64,000 bases of DNA from Rhynchobatus australiae (taxonomy: Eukaryota): positions 17,993,210 to 18,057,209 of the forward strand of contig JAUZTB010000072.1 in the NCBI GenBank assembly GCA_034780895.1. Reading direction: 5' to 3'. A program made the translations under genes and the position numbers. Shown here piece after piece: positions 12,276 through 24,689 of the stretch (positions within the stretch are counted from its first letter, which is position 1; each line of letters opens with the position of its first letter). The notes below the pieces were generated by a model. That model was not told the origin of the DNA and made no database searches. It saw only the letters and a list, made by a program, of their open reading frames with translations.

Positions 12276-13379
12276 CTTTGGACAGCTATATGTTGATGCC
12301 CACACTCAGTGAATCAGCACCATCAAAGTGTGAGAGCAGAGGTTGTACAAGATGTTTGTTTAGTTTTGTTGTTACACCAGGACTCCAGGGAATGGTTTCA
12401 GAAAGAAATCTCAGCAACAATCTGCTTTTGCTCTGATAGCTCTCAACCAGATTGGTCTGGAGGCCACAGCCTGTACTTTACCCACAGTGAAGGTAGTTTT
12501 GCGCTCCTCATTTCACTGGACCTTTGCACTGCTAAACATTTGCCAAAACTCACCCCTCCCCCGTTTGTCCTGAAGACATTGCAGTGTCTTCACCTTGAGT
12601 AGGCAATGGACTCATAGTGAATGGAATTTAAATACAAAGGGACGTTGGGTTAAAACAAACTGTGGGTCTATTATAAAGGTTTCAAATCCATTGGGATTCT
12701 GTAGAATGTGATTGACAGTGCCACTGCCCCTGAGCATTTTAACTATTGAAGAAATGGTAATCCAGTTGCTAAACATCCTCCATTCCAGGGTGAGCCAGAC
12801 AGTGAATGTTGGTCATGGGGAAGGCCACAGATGGGCCTGTCCTGTCCTATCTTGAAGCCCACAGGCAGGAGAATCACCAGGTGGAAATCAGAAGGAGGAA
12901 GCCTGGCTGATTTCTCTGTCTCCCTTTCCTATATGTGGCCACCCCACTGTAGTCTGGCCACATAAGTCTACCTGGAATAAACCGCAGACTGTTTTGGTCC
13001 TGTCATGGTTCTGAGTTCTGGCCCTCATTTGGCTCCATTAATGCCTTGTTGTCCAGCACATGGATTCCATGCTGNNNNNNNNNNNNNNNNNNNNNNNNNN
13101 NNNNNNNNNNNNNNNGCCCAACTTTAATTCTCATGGTCCAGTAGAGAACATCTAAGAGAATAAACTCCAAGGTTGTGTGAGGATTGCACTGGAAGACAGC
13201 ATGAACTGGACATCATTGCATTGATTCCTCAGCTGGCTCTGCATTCCATATGCCCCTGGAATGGGATTTCCCAGTCAGAGAACTCATACCAGAACCTTTC
13301 ACAGGCTACTGCCCAGGACATGTTACCTCTGGTTGCATTATAGGACTTCAGTTCTCTGGAGGAACACTGGAGAAAATAA

Positions 13380-13770
13380 AATTGTTCCCTTTTGAGCAGA
13401 GAATTTAAGAGGAGCTTTGATAAAGATGTTCCTAACCCTGAATGTTTTTGGCAGAATAAGTTGCAATCTTTTTTCCAGTGACAGAAGAGTTGGTAATCAG
13501 GGAACACAGATGAAAGGAGAATGAATCAGCAACACAACAAGTTGTCATAATCTGGAAAGTACTGCGTGAAAGAGGGTTAGAGGGTGGTGTGGCAGAGGAT
13601 TCAACAGAAACTTTCATAAATCTATTGGATAAATATTTGAATGGAAGACAAAAACACAGGGCTACAGAGAAAGTGTTGGGGATTGAGACTAATTGGATGT
13701 CTATACCCAGAGGCCAGCTGTCACAATGGCCTGAATGGTTTCCTTCTGTGCTGCTTCATTCCATGATACA
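13380..13770 (+). mobile_element. CR1 3' fragment
   Basis: ETFINLLDKYLN motif and ATGGCCTGAATGGTTTCCTTCTGTGCTG tail. Confidence 0.65.
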
Positions 13771-14289
13771 GAATGATGCCTTTCGTTGATGGAGTCTCTC
13801 CACAATCCTGTCGTACTTGTAAATGAATTATTGGGGCAACATCCTGTTTTTTAAAGAAGCAGAAGATCAGCTTTGTTTTTGTTCTGTGGGTTCAGAGTGT
13901 TACTGCACTCCGTGTTTTAATGTTAGGGTGTTCTGACTGAATGGGATTGATGAAGAGAAGAGAACCTCGCTGGCACGTTGAGCCCGTGATTGATGGAAAC
14001 CTGCTATTTCAAGGCAAGGATTAGATGTTGTTAGCAGCAAAGTACAAGCACAAACTGGAACAGGGAGCTGAAAGTTTTTACAGTCATTACAATGCCTGGC
14101 CCGGGTGGGATTAGTGAGCCACCATTTTTGACTTCAGCACCTCTCCTGGTGAAGGTGTCACATTGAAGCTTTATGAAACCACATCAACACCAAAAACCAA
14201 AGGTGCAGGGTTCAATGCAAGCTGGAAGTTCTGAGCACAACAAGTCTGCAAATGCTGCTGAGGATTAGGGAGGTTCGGGCAGCAGAACT

Positions 14290-14604
14290 GAAGCTGTGTA
14301 AAATCCCACAAACTGCAATGTGATAAATGGCCAGACAATGGTTTCAGTTGAAGCTTGGATGTGGTTGGGTCACTGGAAAAAACACATTGCTTTCTTCAAA
14401 GTAGTGTTGTGGGATGTTTTACATCCAGCTGGGAGAGCTGTCAGGGCCTCCATTTGTCATCTCAAGTGAAAGGTAGCACCTCCCACAGTGTAGTGCTCCC
14501 TGGGTACTGGGTCAGACCACATGTTGGGCTCAGGTCCTTGGGGTGGGACTTGAGTAAAAACCTGCCTCAGAGGAAGAAGAGTTATATACTAAGCCGCTGC
14601 TGAC
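14290..14604 (-). mobile_element. DeuSINE-like SINE (SacSINE1/AmnSINE1 superfamily)
   Basis: GGGATGTTTTACATCCA...GAAAGGTAGCACCTCCCACAGTGTAGTGCTCCCT...GGGTGGGACTTGA resembles the reverse-strand Deu domain plus tRNA-derived head. Confidence 0.65.
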
Positions 14605-15857
14605 NNNNNNNNNNNNNNNNNNNNNNNNNNNNNNNNNNNNNNNNNNNNNNNNNNNNNNNNNNNNNNNNNNNNNNNNNNNNNNNNNNNNNNNNNNNNNNNN
14701 NNNNATATTCCTCAACCCTTGTGTCCAAAGCAACCAAGCTCAGTGCTAAAAGATGCCGAGTGAATCACACTAAACACCCTCCTTCCACATGCCCTTAGCC
14801 CAGCACCATTCCCTATACTACCCCTCAGAGTTGCCCCATCATGAATTATTCACAATCTCTGAGGTTTCTACACCTGTGAAGAAAGTCATCAGTCAAAGGT
14901 ATGACCCGACGAGTTTCCATGATCAGGGAGGGGCTTCTACCACATGTCTTAATTCCTCAAGTTCCCATTAAACCCTCTCAGCTCGTACCTCTTTGGTTGT
15001 GGGGGCAGGGAGCAGGCAGGATTTGGCACCGTGCAGGCATTTCAGTGATTAATGTTTGCAGTTTCTCGGAAGGCCCCAGAGAGGCTGAGAGATCGACAAT
15101 GAAATGTAGAAAATGTTTGAGGGATCGGTGGGCTTGAAAGTGGTGGGAAGAGGCAGACTCTGGCAGTGAGAAATCCTTCTGGAATGTGTGCTGACAACAG
15201 CTGTCACCTTTATTTCTTTCCCCTACAAGCGAGCTTTCACTTTTCCACCCCTCTCTCATTTGGAAACAAAGTAAGTGTCAAACTATCCTTCAGCTACTTC
15301 GAAGCTGATTAGAATAATAGAACCTTATATCTTAGAAGGAGTCCATTCAGCCCACCATGCTCATGCTGGCTCTTTGAAACACTTGTCCAATTGGTCCTCC
15401 TCTCTAATCAGGAGTTGCTGAGGTCATGCAGTTTGCTTTATTGCCTTGTGACTGCTCTGTTGATGTCCTTGCTGCTGCTGGAGATCAGCCTGATGATAGA
15501 TGGTATTGGCTTGGATTGGATTTGTCTTGCTTTTAGTGGGTAGGATGCACCTGGGTAAAGTTCCACATAGCCGTCTGGTAAGATGTTTACTTGTCCGGAG
15601 CGTGGACCTTCGGCGATGCAGTGGGATTTCCTTAGAGCCCTCTCCACATTTAATGAATCCAAGGTGCTCAGCTGCTCCTTGCCATCGCATGGATGGAATT
15701 GAATTGGCTGAAGCCTGGCTCCTGCGATGCTGGGTGCTGATGGCTGCAGATGTTGCAAACTCTACAACCTTACCACTTGTACATTGTCCGGGTCCCTCGG
15801 CACTGAGGACGGAGATGTTTATGGAAGCTCCTTCCCCTGGCGTTCTTTTAACTTTTA

Positions 15858-16050
15858 GATAAGATATCTTAATCAGTCACATGTACATCGAAACACACAG
15901 TGAAATGTATCTTTTGCGTAGAGTGTTCTGGGGGCAGCCCGCAAGTGTCATCACATTTCCGGTGCCAACACAGCATGTCCACAACTTCCTAACCCGTACG
16001 TCTTTGAAATGTGGGAGGAAACCGGAGCACCTGGAGGAAACCCACGCAGA
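15858..16050 (-). mobile_element. V-SINE (HE1-related) fragment
   Basis: TGTGGGAGGAAACCGGAGCACCTGGAGGAAACCCACGCA is the reverse complement of the conserved V-domain; runs into an N gap. Confidence 0.8.
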
Positions 16051-17766
16051 NNNNNNNNNNNNNNNNNNNNNNNNNNNNNNNNNNNNNNNNNNNNNNNNNN
16101 NNNNNNNNNNNNNNNNNNNNNNNNNNNNNNNNNNNNNNNNNNNNNNNNNNNNNNNNNNNNNNNNNNNNNNNNNNNNNNNNNNNNNNNNNNNNNNNNNNNN
16201 NNNNNNNNNNNNNNNNNNNNNNNNNNNNNNNNNNNNNNNNNNNNNNNNNNNNNNNNNNNNNNNNNNNNNNNNNNNNNNNNNNNNNNNNNNNNNNNNNNNN
16301 NNNNNNNNNNNNNNNNNNNNNNNNNNNNNNNNNNNNNNNNNNNNNNNNNNNNNNNNNNNNNNNNNNNNNNNNNNNNNNNNNNNNNNNNNNNNNNNNNNNN
16401 NNNNNNNNNNNNNNNNNNNNNNNNNNNNNNNNNNNNNNNNNNNNNNNNNNNNNNNNNNNNNNNNNNNNNNNNNNNNNNNGAACTGGCATCACTCCAGGTT
16501 AACCATTTCATCACCCCTTTCTGCTAACCAGGGAGAGCTGAATCCCTCACAAGTTTGGTCACAGTTTTATCCTCATTTGTTTGGACTCTCCTCTGTGTTA
16601 GCAGGTCCAGGCTTCCAGAGACCCGGGTACCTCATACTGACTGCCGCTCCCAGTGAGGCATTTCTTTCAGCCCTATCCATTCAAAAATGAAGGATTTATT
16701 AACCTTGTTTCAGGCAAGACCAGGGCGTTTCCCCCGATGCTTTTGCCAATGTATGTTCCTCAGCCAGCAACCGGTTCTTTGGCCATCGTCACATTGCTGA
16801 TACCAGAGGCCTACATCCTAAAAGCACTTCACCGGTTATAAAGTGCTTGGAGATGATGAGGTCACAGAAGGTGCTGTAGAAATTGTAAGGCTTCTGTTTT
16901 CTTGTTTTGTTTGATTTATTTCCTTTTAAAAATTAATGTTTCTGTCTTTCTCTGAGTAAATGTGAGCCCAAAGCCCAGTCCAGCCTCCCAGCATCTATCT
17001 GCTCGACGAGTTTGGCCCTTGACATGTTCCAAATTTATCAGAAAAACTGGAATTGTCATCACCGAATCTTTGTTCAGATGAACAGTCACGATCCTCACTA
17101 ATTTCATTTATGAGTAAATGGATTTATTTAAACAGCAACAGCAGAATCCATGTGACACAAACATTTCCCCAAGTCATGGGACAGGCACACAGTAGTAGAG
17201 TCTGTGAGAGAATCCCTCTCCCTCTCGCTCTCCCTTTCGCTCTCCCTCTCCCTCCTCCTCTTTCTCTCTCTGCTGTGTGTGAGGAGCACTGATATGATTA
17301 ATACTGTGACCCCAGCACTCACTACAGAATGGGAGAGAAACCAGACCAAGAGCAACTTTGATAGAGTTTGGCAGGGCACAAGAAATTTTAGAGAGTCCTA
17401 GGATGGCAGTCAGCTTGCCTGTTGTGTAGTCCCCACCACAACACTGAGATGTCTGATGGTGTACACTGGGAAATAATGAATCAGCAGTACAACTTACACC
17501 TCTGTCCACTTCTACTTCCTTTGGCTTCAACTCAGAGCTGGGAAATGTGCTCCCTGTCACCCACCTTACACCATCGTGCAAGGTGAAGATCCACCCAGCT
17601 GAGTCTCTGATACACCCAGTGAAGAGGCTGAGCCTGTCCGACTGGTGTTACACAAGTGGTGAGTGGTCCATTGGGTGGGGAGCAGGCACCCAGTGTACGC
17701 TGGAAATGAGCTGCCCATCATATTTTCTTTCAGACCCCACTAGAAGAAGCCACCCAAAAGCTTTCT

Positions 17767-18163
17767 TAGAAACATAGAAAAACTACAGCACAATTCAGGC
17801 CCTTCGGCCCATATAGTTGTACCGAACATGTCCCTACCCTAGAAATTACTAGGCTTACCCACAGCCCTCTATTTTTCTCAGCTCCATGCACCTATCCAAA
17901 AGTCTCTTAAACGACCCTATCATATCCGCCTCCACCACTGTTGCCGGCAGCCCATTCCATGCACTCACCACTCTCTGAGTAAAAAATTTACCACTNNNNN
18001 NNNNNNNNNNNNNNNNNNNNNNNNNNNNNNNNNNNNNNNNNNNNNNNNNNNNNNNNNNNNNNNNNNNNNNNNNNNNNNNNNNNNNNNNNNNNNNNACCAG
18101 GGTCCTATATAGCTGCAACAATACCTCTTGGCTCCTAAATTCAATTCCACATTGATGAAGCAC
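17767..18163 (-). mobile_element. Relatively young CR1 (HER1-like) LINE 3' end
   Basis: Minus ORF EFRSQEVLLQLYRTL...SGKFFTQRVVSAWNGLPATVVEADMIGSFKRLLDR* plus GGGCCGAAGGGCCTGAATTGTGCTGTAG-TTCTATGTTTCTA tail. Confidence 0.9.
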
Positions 18164-19924
18164 AATACACCATTATAATACACCATTTACTGAATCCATT
18201 ATAAAACTGGGGCATGTTATTGTGCTGGCATCCCCTCTGACAACTTGCTCCCTTCTCTCCTCTTCCCACCTTCCCCCCTACCTCAGTTTCCCTTTTCCTC
18301 CTTTTCTAACTCTCAGCCTCAGTCCACCTCCTCTCTCCTCCACCCACTTCCGTCTCTGTCTGCCCGATCACCCACCACCTGACCTCATACAACTTCCTCA
18401 ACCACCTCCTCTATTCCGCCTTCTTCATCTCCCCTTCCCATTTCCCTTTCCATCCCAAAATCCCCACCAATCATCTTTCCTCTCTCTCACCAGCTCTTTC
18501 CCTCCCCTGCTTCCACCCCCCCCCCAACTTGAAGCCACTTTCCTGGCAGCTCACTGTGCCTTCTCCCCCTCCCTCCCTCTGCACGCTGTTCCCAGCTCTC
18601 CCATCCCTCTCGGTGCCCAGTTCTCAGGTGGGCCTGCCGAACGGGGTATTGGAATAACTTTGTTATTCAGGCTGTCCTGTACCAACTCATTCAGCAAAGC
18701 CACTGCTTCACGTGGCAAAGGTCTGCGGCACAGCGGTGGCAGGCGCTGGGGAAGTGGCAGCAGATGACTCACTGCCTTTCAGTGACCACTTTGGTGACGC
18801 CACCTTCAGGACTATTCTGTGAGGAGTGGTGTTGGGGGAGGCAGGGAAGGGGCAAGGGCCACTGAGCCTGCTCCCTCCCCGTGTGAGATCCTGTGTTTGT
18901 TGCTGCGCTCCGTTACACCTCAGCACCTGGAGGATAATCCATCTTCATAAAATGACCAGGCTCCAATGGAAGGAGCAGAGCTGGGCCTCTCCCCTGTGTG
19001 AGGGATCACTTACTGGCTTGTCTGACAAATTGTAGGCGCTGATCCTTATCTGCAGCTCCTGGTGTAATCAATCCCAGACTCTGCAGACTAGCGCAACCCT
19101 ACCTGCCCCACACTCAGCCACACGTTCTCCTGCTTTCGTCTCTCACTTGTTCTTTCCCCCATCTTTATTCCTCCTCTAATTTTCCTTCTTCTCCCATTGT
19201 CTATCTCTCCCATTTTCCTCAGGTTGCCAACTCTGGTGAGATATGTTCCAGGAGGATTCTCCTTGCTCTGACCCCCTCGCACCATTGGTTCCTCGATACG
19301 CCCATCCACACGGACGCCCTGGTGGGTGGGCAGCCAAACCCTGCACTCAAACCACACCTCCTCCGATCCCCTCCTCCAGGTGCTTCGCTGATCCCACTCC
19401 AAAATTCACAAAGCCCCCGTTCTCAATCCTACAACCTCTACCCATGTCCCCTGCTGAGAGATCCCACGTCACTGGAAGCCTTTGTTTATTTCTGCACAGT
19501 TCAGACCATGTTGGGCAGCAGGAGTACAGGCTGCTTCCCCTCTGCGGCCCTTGAGCCGCTGGAAGCTGAACATTGCCATCCTCTGCTGAGGTTGAGAATC
19601 TGAGGTCAGGCCTGGGCTGGAGTCAGGGCTCTCTCACTGTTTGTCAGTGGGATTCAACACCTCACCAGGAACCCAGCTAATGGTTCTTCCACTGAACAGT
19701 TCAGCTATTTACTGATATCCAGCTCAAGGTCAGAGTGCATCTGAACCATGGACATGAGTCAGACCTTGGAGAATCTGGCAGGTGACAGGAGTGTACGAGA
19801 GACCAGATTTCTCCTGCAGTCTGTCTCAAGGATTCCACTTTGATATCAATGAACCTTTGAGGTATGAGGTCATTGCTCCTTACAGAATCCCCAGAAGCTC
19901 TTGCACAATCCTCACTGGGAGACC

Positions 19925-20120
19925 CAAGTCAAGTCGAGTTTATTGTATTCACAGTACATGTGTGCACAGGTGCAATGATAAACTCACTTGCAGCAGCATC
20001 ACAGACACGTGGCATCAGATAAGCAGCATTTATGAGAAAATCATAAACTAAACATAAATTATACACCGTTTTGTACAAGAACACAATTAGAACAAAAGAA
20101 AAGTCCATTTTAGTCCATGG
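19925..20120 (-). mobile_element. Rex1/Babar-like LINE 3' UTR fragment
   Basis: Reverse complement matches the tail at 38835-38925 (CTGTGATGCTGCTGCAAG...TGCACCTGT...CAATAAACTC). Confidence 0.65.
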
Positions 20121-20224
20121 TGACCCTTGGACAATCGACACAGAGAGGCATCATTTGAGAAGGGTTTGGAGAAGGGAAACTTAACAACGCACTCTGGGAA
20201 GCTGAAAGAAACCAAAGGAAACAA

Positions 20225-20715
20225 AGTCTTGCATTTCAATAGCACCTTCCCTGGTCCCAGGTATAATCACTCTTAGATGAAACGTTATAGTCAGTTTGTG
20301 CACAGCAAGCTCCCACAAGCAGAACTGAGATATTGATTTGATAACCTATATTTTGAAGTTGATTGAAAGTTGAATATTGACCAGGAACAGAAATAACTGC
20401 CNNNNNNNNNNNNNNNNNNNNNNNNNNNNNNNNNNNNNNNNNNNNNNNNNNNNNNNNNNNNNNNNNNNNNNNNNNNNNNNNNNNNNNNNNNNNNNNNNNN
20501 NACTGCCTTGATTTTATCCTGAGTAGTTTTACCTGCTGTTTTATACACACTCGAGTGGAGACCAGTTCTTGATTCATCAGTAAGGTGGCAGTTCCAACAG
20601 TGCAGCCATCGGTTAGCACTGTACTGGAGCATGTCCCTGAACGCTGGTCCACAAGTGTCTGCAGAGAGAACCTCCTGACTCAGGTGAGAGTGCTCCCAAT
20701 TGACCCATGGCTGAG
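20225..20715 (-). mobile_element. DeuSINE-like SINE
   Basis: TTGTGCACAGCAAGCTCCCACAA and GGTGGCAGTTCCAACAGTGCAGC...CTGACTCAGGTGAGAGTGCT segments. Confidence 0.6.
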
Positions 20716-23589
20716 GCAGTGGAAGGGTCTTCATTTGTCTCTCTGGCTGCAATGTCCATTAGACAATGAGGAGACTAAAAGTGCACCTGATCCTCTAACT
20801 ATAGATTTATGGGGCTGGCAGAGTGGTACATCAGCTCATTCCTCACCACTCTCTCCTCCCGCAACACTAAGCTGGGTTCCAACACTGAATATCTCCAGAG
20901 TCACACGGTCTATGGTAACCAGCGCTGAGTCTGATGGCGGAGTCATCACGGTGAAATACAAGCCCCACAGTGATCAGGGTCTTTGGGTCAGGATGGGTGA
21001 AGGGAAGCTCATATGGGAAAGGGGAGAGGGAGGAACTACAAGACAAATGTCCTGACAGCAACAGAGCAACTGATTCCTCATCCTCAATTCCTGAATTCAG
21101 TCCATGTTCAACCATTCCCCAACTGCGACCACAATGTGACTCTTCTTGAAAGACTAAAGATGGTTACTGNNNNNNNNNNNNNNNNNNNNNNNNNNNNNNN
21201 NNNNNNNNNNNNNNNNNNNNNNNNNNNNNNNNNNNNNNNNNNNNNNNNNNNNNNNNNNNNNNNNNNNNNNNNNNNNNNNNNNNNNNNNNNNNNNNNNNNN
21301 NNNNNNNNNNNNNNNNNNNNNNNNNNTTTAACGACTTTCTGATCCATTCCTCTGCTGACTGTGAAATGTAATAATCTGACCTCGAATGTGGTTATCGTGA
21401 TAAGCCTGGTGGTGTAGGCCCGGTTGTCTCAAGTGTTACCTCAGGGTGATGCACTGTCTGCTTTCACCCGGGATTTCTTTCTGAGCCTGAGTTCCCTGCT
21501 AAGCACTTTCCCTTCTGAGGGATGGAGTTAAAGAGAACATAAAAGGGAGGATGGCTTTTGTGGACAGGAAAGGTCAGGGTTCAGCTGTCTAGCTGCGAGT
21601 TCCAGTGAAATCTATCTCATGGGGGCAGATGGGAGTGTCTGATGTTGACCTGCAGTAAATAACCCCCTTCAGACTCCTGTTTGTTTTCTCACAGTCAGAT
21701 ACCATACACTGACTCTGCTCTTCCCTCTGTGTGGTTCATCTTTACCCCCACATACTCCCCCAAGTTTCACCCCCACACTGGCTTCCCTCACAAGACAAAC
21801 TGAGGAGGGAATTCTGGTGAAACCTGATGTAGGACTGAAGTCCCACCCAACCCCCACAAACTTCTGAACTCGTAGTTACAAAACTGAAAGACTAAACCAC
21901 TGAACAACACCCATGACTCAGAGGCCAATCGAGAAACCAGTGCAATGGTGCCTGAGGAACTGCTACATGAGGCCTAAGTTGTATCCTAGCAACAGTGCCT
22001 GTCCTAGTCTTGACTCAGCAATATGCCGCAAAAATATGCACAGAACTGACTCGAGGCTTGCGGACTAGAGCGGTGCATCACAGTTATCGCACGCTTCTAA
22101 CTAAGTTTCTGAGGGCACAGATGTCGAGCCATAGCAACAGATTGTGCTTAGGCTCAAAAGCTTCTTGAGGCCCAGTGGTGTTGTCCAACAAATCGGTGTA
22201 GCTGAGATAAGTCCTTTACTGCCTGTGGTGGTGATGGAATGCATCAAACTCAGTCTTTGGAAGGTCTAGTCATGTGCTTTGCCATCGGCAGAAGTGTGAC
22301 TCTGACCCCTGGCGAATAATTGCCAGTGCCGGTGCCTGTTTATGTACTTCATTTGTCTTTGTTTGAAGCAACAGGTTAAAAATATGGGCAGTAGCTTAAG
22401 AAAGAGGTTCTGAAGTTCACCTTGGTTACATTTGGGAAATGGAAGAGAGTTTACTTGACTTTCCTCAGCAGATTACACAGGCTCACTTTGGGAGTGGAAT
22501 CATGTGAAAGGAAATGAACTGAGAGAGGTGGAATCCATGATAGGATAGGGCATACAGGGGCTGTGGAGGAGATTGTGGGTGAGTTCGTGCTGGTGGGAAG
22601 TATACGGGAGCTGTGAAAGAGATTGTGAGTGGTCAGAGTCCACGGTAGGGGTGACTGTCCAGGACTTGGGTGGAAGCTGAGGTTAGGTCAGTTCTGTGAT
22701 TTAGNNNNNNNNNNTTGTGAAGGAGGAAGATGTGTGGTTGACTTTGTTGCAGGCCAGAAGTATGAAGGACATTGGAGCTGGGAAAATTCTATAGTAGGAG
22801 ACTATAAGGGACCATACTTGACAGTGCCACCTTGGGTGGACAGACGTTGGCCATCTGTCTCAGTAAAACCCCCTTTACCGTGGCCTGTTTTCTCTGTATT
22901 CTGGAGAGAGTGGAGATGTTTTTTAGCTGACCTGGGATAGGCTGGTGTTGGAGACAAATCGACCAGGTGTCCTGGTTAGCAGTTTGGACTAGCTGTGCTA
23001 ACTTCACACTGGATATTTTGGAAACCAATCCTGTTAAAAATGCGGCCTGTGCTCTGAACTTTCTAAGGATGTCATAAATTAATTTGAAAAGGCGTCAGTC
23101 TTTGCTGTGAAGCCAGGCATCGATTCCGACTGTAATCCCAACCAGGCTTCCAATGAGTTGTGATTCGGCCTGTTTTTGTAAAACAAAAGATCTCTGTGTA
23201 GCTGGAGGCTAAAGGCAAACAACTCCCACTCCCACTCGCAACTGTTCCTGTCAATTTTCATTTGGAGGCAGTCTTGCCCATTTCCCACTCAGTTCCCATA
23301 GCAGCCAAATGTTGTGATTCATACCTCGGTAAGTAGCTAACCCACACAGGGCAATTCCACACTGAAGCCTGACTGTCAATATTTTCACACACTCAGTTAG
23401 ACTGCACACAGATCTGTTTGTGCTGGACCTGACATTACTTTGCCTTTGACCCTCAAAGGTCAGTGATTTTCTCTGTACATATTTGTCCGGAGGACAGAAG
23501 TCACACTGGCAAAGCAGCATCATTATCCATCTCCACCTACACCAAGGAAAGTTTGGTGTGGAATAGGCTTCATGTGTGGAGCCAAACCA

Positions 23590-24115
23590 TTTAGGGGCAG
23601 TAGATTCCCTTTCGCAAAGGACATTGGTGAATCAGCCAGATGTTTCACCAATGGGATATGGACATCACTGGCATTCTTGTCCAGGTTGAACTGGGCCAGT
23701 TGAGGGTCAACCACATGGGTGGGTCTGGAGTGACATACAGTCCAGAGTTGGTAAGGATGACAGATTTCCTTCCCTGAAGGGCATTGGTGAACCAGAGGGT
23801 TTTTTATGGGAATCTGGTAGTTTTATTATTACCATGATTAAGACATTTAATTCCAGATTTATTTAATGATATGAATTTAAATTTCTGACTGCCATGAAGA
23901 GATTCACACTCATGACCACCCCGGGTTCAATGGCCCAGAGTTTTGGCTGCTGGTCCAGTCATTTAATCACTAGGCTACTGTGCCCCTAATGACAATCCAA
24001 CAACTTTCATGGTTATTGAGTTAGGCACCAGACCATAAAGTATTAGATTTACTGAATTCAGCTTCTCAACATAACCTGGTGGAATGTGAACCTGCAACCT
24101 TTGGATTACTTCACT
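23590..24115 (-). mobile_element. Cluster of old SINE-like fragments (family not named)
   Basis: Duplicated CAGATTTCCTTCCCTGAAGGGCATTGGTGAACCAG-type unit and a repeated GATTTA(C)TGAATT segment. Confidence 0.45.
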
Positions 24116-24689
24116 TCCTTCCATGGTGTGAAGGAGGGAAAGATTCACTTGTGTGGGTGTGAGTGTGTGCACATGTCTGTGCCCGGAATCACTCACTGGC
24201 AAGTGTGCATGGGTCTGTGTCCCATGTATGTACTTGGCTGTGTACTTACCAGTCCCCTGAATGAAGCCTCCTCCCAGCAACCTGTTCGTTTAATGTCTGG
24301 AGTTGCAGCTGGAACTACAGCAGTGGGCTGCAGTGTATCTGGTCAAGGGGAGGGGAAGAATCATCCAGGATTCCAAGTCCTGATTAACATCCCTAAGATT
24401 CCTAACTTAAATCTTGCTTCTGCACTGGTCAGAAATGGCTGGGGTCCATTTTGGCTGTGATGCATAAGATGAGAAATAGAGATGTTTTGGTTCCTGAAGC
24501 CTGTTCCACCATTCAGTTATGTCTGCGCTGATCCTTTACCTGCACTTTCCCACCCTTGGAACTTCCTGATTCCCTTAAAATTCCTTAAATCCACCTCAGC
24601 CTTAAATATCCTCAAGATCCGAGCATCCACAGCTCTCCGCCTCAAAGAGTCACAAAAATCCACAAGCCTCTGAGTAAACAAACAATAAC

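Noticed and set aside
18222-18767. Pro/Ser/Leu-rich ORFs (also 39985-40224, 45909-46562, 61319-61804)
   Set aside because: Translations of CT-rich low-complexity tracts.
18708-19402. Two minus-strand ORFs that could be spliced together as downstream exons of the antisense gene
   Set aside because: No expected EIAR-type start or other family motif; the composition is explained by purine-rich low complexity.
21440-21514. 75-nt minus-strand exon-like segment with a strong acceptor and GAG|gtaaca donor
   Set aside because: Stops in all three frames and no CCDC50 similarity; it could only be non-coding or terminal.
22270-23525. Possible third inverted pair (TGCTTTGCCA...GTGTGACT) between about 22275 and 23500
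   Set aside because: Only about 40 nt and needs a 9-nt gap; not distinguishable from chance.
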